This document shows positions 26,911 to 32,000 of a DNA stretch of 32,000 nt, in pieces. A program made the translations under genes and the position numbers. Every line of letters starts with the position of its first letter. The first letter of the stretch is position 1. Where the stretch lies: contig NC_020304.1 of the NCBI RefSeq assembly GCF_000341395.1, positions 1,380,001 through 1,412,000 on the forward strand. Reading direction: 5' to 3'. The stretch is from Desulfocapsa sulfexigens DSM 10523. Its GTDB lineage: Bacteria > Desulfobacterota > Desulfobulbia > Desulfobulbales > Desulfocapsaceae. Under the pieces are notes generated by a model. The model ran no database searches and was not told the origin of the DNA. It worked only from the letters and a program-made list of their open reading frames with translations.

Positions 26911-28095
26911 ATGCCCACTACTGCTGCCATAATTCCCGCTGCCGGAAGCGGAAGCAGGATGGGGCTGGATCATCCCAAACAATACCACCTTCTTGCCGGC
27001 ATCCCCATTTTAGTTCATACTGTTCGAGTCTTTACCAGTGCGTCCTGTGTCGATATGATTGTCGTGGTGGTGCCTGCTGAAAGAGTTGAGTCCACTGTCA
27101 ATCTCATGGCAGACCATGGCCTTTCAGGCGCTAATCTACAGGTGATTGCAGGCGGTGAGCGTCGACAGGATTCGGTGAAGGCAGGTCTTGATTCATTGAA
27201 TGCCGGGGTTGATATCGTGCTTGTTCATGATGGAGCACGCCCCCTGCTGGCTCCTGACCTGATTGACCGCTGCTGTGATGCCGCAATTGAGTACGGGGCT
27301 GCCATTGCTGCGGTACCTGTGAAGGACACCCTGAAAAAAGGTGGCCCAGGTGGACGTATTCTCCACACCGTTGACCGGAAAGATCTCTGGCAGGCGCAAA
27401 CACCTCAGGCCTCGCGTCTTTCGCTGCTTCTTGCTGCCTATGACATGGCCGGAGAGAGGGAGGTAACCGATGAGGCGTCACTTCTTGAGCTTGCCGGAAC
27501 AGACGTACATCTTGTTGAGGGATCTGAAACTAATATTAAAATCACCCGGCCAGATGATTTGATTATAGCAGAAAAAATTATGCAGAATCATGAAACATCT
27601 TCCGAAAAAATTCGTATAGGGCATGGCTACGATGCCCACAAATTTGCCTCCGATCGGGCACTGGTCCTTGGCGGAGTAACCGTTCCTTTTGAAATGGGGC
27701 TTGCCGGGCATTCTGATGCCGATGTCCTGACCCATGCTCTTTGTGATGCCATTCTTGGTGCTCTGGGGGCGGGTGATATCGGATCTCATTTCCCGGATTC
27801 TGATCAGGAGTTTTTGAATGTTTATTCTGTTACGTTGCTTGAGAGAGTGGTGGATATTGCTGCGCAGCGTGGCTTTGTATTGTCGAATGCTGATATAACC
27901 GTGGTGTGTCAGAAGCCTAAGCTGGCCCCTTTTGTCCCGAAAATGAAGGAAATACTGGCGGAGGCTTGTGGTGTGGATTTGGGTCAGGTAAATGTGAAGG
28001 CGACAACCACCGAGAAAATGGGTTTTACCGGAAGAATGGAAGGCATCAGTTCTCATGCTGTTGTTCTTCTCGCAAAAGAGGGAAACTGCAAATGA
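26911..28095 (+). CDS. ispDF: Bifunctional MEP cytidylyltransferase / MEcPP synthase (IspDF)
   Basis: IspD motif 'IIPAAGSGSRMG' at the N-terminus. IspF half has 'IGHGYDAHKF' and 'GHSDADV'. Confidence 0.93.
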   Translation: MPTTAAIIPAAGSGSRMGLDHPKQYHLLAGIPILVHTVRVFTSASCVDMIVVVVPAERVESTVNLMADHGLSGANLQVIAGGERRQDSVKAGLDSLNAGVDIVLVHDGARPLLAPDLIDRCCDAAIEYGAAIAAVPVKDTLKKGGPGGRILHTVDRKDLWQAQTPQASRLSLLLAAYDMAGEREVTDEASLLELAGTDVHLVEGSETNIKITRPDDLIIAEKIMQNHETSSEKIRIGHGYDAHKFASDRALVLGGVTVPFEMGLAGHSDADVLTHALCDAILGALGAGDIGSHFPDSDQEFLNVYSVTLLERVVDIAAQRGFVLSNADITVVCQKPKLAPFVPKMKEILAEACGVDLGQVNVKATTTEKMGFTGRMEGISSHAVVLLAKEGNCK

Positions 28096-29234
28096 CTACT
28101 TACGCAATAGATAGGGAACGGTTGGCAGATACTTTTACCCGGCTCTGTGAAATTGACAGTCCATCTCGAGAAGAAGGCCGTTTAGCCGATTATTTGAGAG
28201 AGCTTTTCACTGAACTCGGTGCAGATTCAGTGGTGGAAGATGGATCGGCTAAGAATACAGGGGCCGATTGCGGTAATCTGGTTGTTCATTTTTCAGGTAA
28301 TGTGCCAAAGGAACCTCTTTTTTATGCCTGTCATATGGATACGGTTGAACCTGGTCGAGGAGTAAAGGTTCGTCGGGTTGGGGATATTTTCACAACGGCA
28401 GGTGATACGGTGCTTGGCGGAGATGATAAGTCCGGTATTGCTGCTGTGATTGAGTTAATTCGAGTGCTTAAGGATGAAAAAATTCCCCATGGACCCATTG
28501 ATATAATCCTTACCACCTGTGAAGAGATTGGGCTTCTTGGAGCAAAAAATCTTGATATTGGTCTTGTGCGTGCAAAGTCCGGATATGCGCTGGATTCAAC
28601 CGGTATTGACAAGGTTATAATGGGTGCTCCTGCGGCCAATCACTTGAAAATTGAGGTTCATGGAATCGCTGCTCATGCCGGATTAAATCCGGAGCAGGGA
28701 GTATCGGCATTTTGTCTGGCCGCGCGTGCCATTGCAGATCTTCGTCTTGGGCGTCTTGATGAACAGTCTACTGCAAACTTTGGCTTGATTAAAGGTGGCG
28801 TTGCCACAAATATTGTGCCTGATCTTATTACTATTGAAGGAGAGGTTCGCTCCCATTCCCCTGCAAAACTCGAAGCCTATACCCGTGAAATCGAATCCAC
28901 CTTCCGCAATGTGGTGAAGGGGTGGTCGGCGCAGATCAGAAATGGCAAGCACCCTTCCGTTGAGGTGGCTGTGGAAACTGAGTACCCCTGTATGTATCTT
29001 GAAGATGATGATCCGACAATACTGCGGGTACGTCGGGCCGGGAATCTTCTGGAAAGGGAGATCCTTTTTCAAATTGCCGGTGGCGGCTCAGATGCCAATA
29101 TTTTTAACAGCTATGGCCTGAAAACTGCCATTATTGCAACGGGTATGGACAAGGTTCATACCACGGATGAATGTCTTGATCTGCGCGATCTTGTCAGTTT
29201 GACAGAATTGTTGCTGGCCGTTGCAGAGTCCTGA
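28092..29234 (+). CDS. M20/M25/M40-family metallopeptidase (peptidase T-like)
   Basis: ATG at 28092 overlaps the ispDF stop (ATGA). Motifs 'CHMDTV', 'GGDDKSG' and 'CEEIGLLGAK'. Confidence 0.85.
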   Translation: MTTYAIDRERLADTFTRLCEIDSPSREEGRLADYLRELFTELGADSVVEDGSAKNTGADCGNLVVHFSGNVPKEPLFYACHMDTVEPGRGVKVRRVGDIFTTAGDTVLGGDDKSGIAAVIELIRVLKDEKIPHGPIDIILTTCEEIGLLGAKNLDIGLVRAKSGYALDSTGIDKVIMGAPAANHLKIEVHGIAAHAGLNPEQGVSAFCLAARAIADLRLGRLDEQSTANFGLIKGGVATNIVPDLITIEGEVRSHSPAKLEAYTREIESTFRNVVKGWSAQIRNGKHPSVEVAVETEYPCMYLEDDDPTILRVRRAGNLLEREILFQIAGGGSDANIFNSYGLKTAIIATGMDKVHTTDECLDLRDLVSLTELLLAVAES

Positions 29235-29350
29235 TATCCCAGTATCTCTCCCACTCGTCGGGCACCCCGTGTCCGTCATGTCGTCTGTATTAGCATAGCA
29301 CCCATATCAGAAAAGCAGAAAGAGTACTGACCGTGTATGTGCAGGTTGTA

Positions 29351-29374
29351 AAAAACCGACTACGGTCGATTTTT
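29351..29374 (+). terminator. Possible bidirectional-type terminator hairpin after the M20 peptidase gene
   Basis: AAAAAC-CGAC-TACG-GTCG-ATTTTT: a short GC stem flanked by complementary A5/T5 runs. Confidence 0.35.
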
Positions 29375-29377
29375 CTG

Positions 29378-29414
29378 TTGCTCTGGAGTCTGGTGGTCGA
29401 TATAATTTCGACCA
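29378..29414 (+). promoter_or_regulatory. Promoter plus palindromic operator of the TetR-efflux operon
   Basis: TTGCTC (29378-29383), 17-nt spacer, TATAAT (29401-29406). The palindrome TGGTCGA-TATAATT-TCGACCA (29394-29414) brackets the -10. Confidence 0.55.
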
Positions 29415-29441
29415 TAGTCATTATTTTCCAGGAGCAGAAAC

Positions 29442-30077
29442 ATGACCACGGTACGGGAAGAAAAAAAAAGACAGACCAGAAAGGCCATTCTTGAGGCGGC
29501 AATAAGCCTCTTTGGATCGAGAGGCTACGAAAAAACAAGTGTTGATCTGTTAGCCAGAAAAGCCGGAGTAGGCAAGGGAACTATCTACAGTTACTTTCGT
29601 ACCAAGAGTGAGATTTTTTTGGCCTTCTGCGAAGATGAGCTTGATTTTTTACACCTGGAGATGGGGCGTAAGATAGACAGCAATACGCCTTTTCTTGAGG
29701 CATTGGTTGAGATATTTATGATTGAGTTTCGGTATGTTACCCGCAATCGGGAGTTTGGCAGACTTTTTCTCCGTGAGGTTATTTTTCCTGCAGGGAAGAT
29801 AGGGGAACGATCCCGGGATATTGATGATCGTTTTATTGCCATTTTTCTCCCCCTTTTTCAAAAAGCTCAGGAAACTGGTGAGTTGCGACTTGATGTAGAA
29901 CTTCTGTTTGCAATCGGTCATTTTTACGCTCTGTATCTCCTTATTCTCTCGGCCTGGTACTCCGGCAGGATTCTTGAAGATGATGATGTGCTGATGTCCT
30001 TGACAATGCTCTTCGAACAGGCATTAAGTGGGCTGGCACCTGCCTCTTCTCCCCAACAACTTTCAGGCAAACAATGA
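29442..30077 (+). CDS. TetR/AcrR-family transcriptional regulator
   Basis: N-terminal HTH 'TSVDLLARKAGVGKGTIYSYFRTK'. AGGAG RBS. Confidence 0.92.
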   Translation: MTTVREEKKRQTRKAILEAAISLFGSRGYEKTSVDLLARKAGVGKGTIYSYFRTKSEIFLAFCEDELDFLHLEMGRKIDSNTPFLEALVEIFMIEFRYVTRNREFGRLFLREVIFPAGKIGERSRDIDDRFIAIFLPLFQKAQETGELRLDVELLFAIGHFYALYLLILSAWYSGRILEDDDVLMSLTMLFEQALSGLAPASSPQQLSGKQ

Positions 30078-31216
30078 AAAGTGAATATTCTCCCCAAAGT
30101 AGTCGCGCCAGGATCGTGTACATGGTTTGGAAAAACCTCCCTCGCTTCCTTCTTCTCCTTCTTGTTATTTTGTCCCTGTTTGGTTTTCTGGGAATCAAGA
30201 AGAAGGGAAAACAGTTGGTTCAGGAAAAAGCGGAGGCGGTAGCTGAACAGAGAGAGGCTGTAAATGTTGTAGTTCTCGAGATTAAGCCGGTTCTACTTCG
30301 CGATCGTATTAATCTTCCCGGCTCAATAGAAGCATGGCAGAAACTTGAGCTTTTGGCAAAAGTTGCTGGAACCGTCGAAGAGATTCTTGTTACAGAGGGA
30401 GATCTGGTTGAAGAAGGAGCTATCCTTGCCAGAATTGAAGATGATGACTACCGGATTGCCCTTCAGTCTGCCAAAGCATCCTGGACATTAGCAAAGGCAG
30501 AGCTACAGCGGGTCCAGACCATGCATGCCAGGGGGATCGCTCCCCAGGCAGAGATGGAAAATCTTAATGCCCGTTTTCTTACGGCTCAGGCAGCTCTGGA
30601 TGATGCAACGCTTAAGCTTTCCCGCTGCACCATTAAGGCTCCTGTAGCTGGAGTCATCAGTCGACTGGATGCAAAGCCAGGCCTCCTGCTCAGCGTTGCT
30701 GATCCAGTGGCCGAAATTCTTCAGATGGAGAAGGTGAAAGCCGTGGTGGGAATTCCAGAATCTGATGTGGTAGCTCTTCGAGAGATTGATGAAATTAATC
30801 TTGAAATCAAGGCGCTTGGTGACAAAATCTTCGTTGGCCGAAAACATTTCCTTGCTCCATCTCCTGAGTCCAACGCTCATGTGTACCGACTGGAGTTGGC
30901 TGTTGCCAATCTCGACTATTCCATCCTTCCCGGAATGTTTGTACGGGCGGATATTGTCAAAAAAGAAAATGACAGGGCTCTGGCTGTTCCCCTGTACGCT
31001 GTCATTAACCGCAATGAAGAACAGTTTTTATATCTGGAAGTCGATGGTCGTGTACAGAAGCAGCCAGTAAAGCTTGGTATTATGGATGGCTGGATGGTCG
31101 GAGTGACCGCTGGCCTTGCCACTGGTGACCGGGTCGTGATAGAGGGGCATCGTGATGTTGAAGATGGACAGCAGGTCAGGGTTGTCCGCAGTCTTTCCTC
31201 CCTGGAGGCTCCATGA
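30074..31216 (+). CDS. RND efflux periplasmic adaptor (membrane fusion protein)
   Basis: ATGA overlap with the TetR stop. N-terminal TM segment, lipoyl-like 'AKVAGTVEEILVTEGDLVEEGAILARIE', and a coiled-coil hairpin. Confidence 0.9.
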   Translation: MKSEYSPQSSRARIVYMVWKNLPRFLLLLLVILSLFGFLGIKKKGKQLVQEKAEAVAEQREAVNVVVLEIKPVLLRDRINLPGSIEAWQKLELLAKVAGTVEEILVTEGDLVEEGAILARIEDDDYRIALQSAKASWTLAKAELQRVQTMHARGIAPQAEMENLNARFLTAQAALDDATLKLSRCTIKAPVAGVISRLDAKPGLLLSVADPVAEILQMEKVKAVVGIPESDVVALREIDEINLEIKALGDKIFVGRKHFLAPSPESNAHVYRLELAVANLDYSILPGMFVRADIVKKENDRALAVPLYAVINRNEEQFLYLEVDGRVQKQPVKLGIMDGWMVGVTAGLATGDRVVIEGHRDVEDGQQVRVVRSLSSLEAP

Positions 31217-32000
31217 TAGTTTCGGATACAGCTGTAAAAAAATCGATCTCGGTTCTTGTCCTGGCTGTAATAATTCTTGTTTTTGGCACCTATTGCTACC
31301 TTGCACTGCCACGGGAATCTGAGCCCGATATCACAATTCCAAATGTTTTTGTCTCCACCTCTTACAGAGGCGTCTCACCATCCGATATTGAAACGGCTAT
31401 CACAATAGAAATTGAAAAAAAGCTTAAAGGGCTTGATGGCGTAAAAAAAATTGAATCTGTGAGTTCAGAAGGGCTTTCATCCATCAATGTCGAGTTTCTT
31501 ACCGGTGTCGATATAGACAAGGCCCTCCAGGATGTGAAAGACAAAGTAGATGAGGCCAAAGGGGAGCTGCCAAACGATCTGGAAGATGATCCCGTGGTCT
31601 TTGAAGTGAATCTATCTGAAATGCCCATCCTAGTTTTTTCCCTTTCCGGAACCTGCGGTCTGCCATGTCTCAAGGATATAGCTGACGATCTTCAGGACGA
31701 TATTGAGGCAGTAACCGGGGTTCTTGAAGTGGATATCAGCGGAGGTCTGGAGCGGGAGATCCGCATTGAGGTTCTCCCCGAGAAACTCGCATTTTATGGA
31801 CTTACAATTAACTCTCTGGAGCGGGTGGTTGCGAGCGAAAACCAGAACACTTCAGGTGGCGCCATTCACCTTGGAAAGGGAAGGTTTCAACTGCGTGTGC
31901 CTGGGGAGTTTGCAACACCGGAGGAGATCTATGGTCTGGTTCTCACCACCCATCAAGGCGATCCGGTATATTTAAAAGATGTGGCCAGGATTGTGGACGG
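31213..32000 (+). CDS. RND efflux permease (AcrB/HAE1-type), 3'-partial at the window edge
   Basis: ATG at 31213 overlaps the adaptor stop. 'MIVSDTAVKKSISVLVLAVIILVFG...LPRESEPDITIPNVFVSTSYRGVSPSDIE' is a typical RND N-terminus. The frame is open to the end of the window. Confidence 0.9.
   Translation, partial: MIVSDTAVKKSISVLVLAVIILVFGTYCYLALPRESEPDITIPNVFVSTSYRGVSPSDIETAITIEIEKKLKGLDGVKKIESVSSEGLSSINVEFLTGVDIDKALQDVKDKVDEAKGELPNDLEDDPVVFEVNLSEMPILVFSLSGTCGLPCLKDIADDLQDDIEAVTGVLEVDISGGLEREIRIEVLPEKLAFYGLTINSLERVVASENQNTSGGAIHLGKGRFQLRVPGEFATPEEIYGLVLTTHQGDPVYLKDVARIVD

Overview
The window has two parts.

**(A) About 1-10.1 kb: a decayed accessory or defence island next to the 3' end of ssrA (tmRNA).**
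- It carries three unrelated insertion sequences: an IS3-family element cut by the window edge, a complete IS4-family element with 18-bp IRs and a 9-bp TSD, and a complete IS21-family element (istA/istB).
- An AbiEi/AbiEii-type (type IV TA / abortive infection) pair looks intact.
- A tyrosine integrase has lost its catalytic half at the IS21 junction.
- Directly downstream of AbiE lies an uncharacterised minus-strand coding region of about 685 codons: a large N-terminal region with no motif I recognise, followed by a NERD/PD-(D/E)xK-type nuclease domain.
- That region is damaged three ways. IS4 sits exactly after its ATG, the frame breaks at an A7 tract, and the 3' end runs into the IS3 end.
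- This is my best candidate for an undescribed (defence-like) system, although this copy is almost certainly non-functional.

**(B) 10.1-32 kb: ordinary core genome.**
- Genes in order: smpB-ssrA, an orphan GspE/PilB-type ATPase, purL, a DUF808 membrane protein, a FAD oxidoreductase, a membrane GGDEF cyclase, nfo, and an M48/TPR protease.
- Then tRNA-Met(CAU), Nif3, a COG1579 zinc-ribbon protein, RNase P RNA, ispDF, an M20 peptidase, and a TetR-MFP-RND efflux operon that runs off the window.
- The gene content and the tmRNA tag (A)DDYNYALAA suggest a Desulfobacterota-like host. This is a low-confidence inference.

All coordinates and motifs were read by eye from the sequence. No database searches were run.
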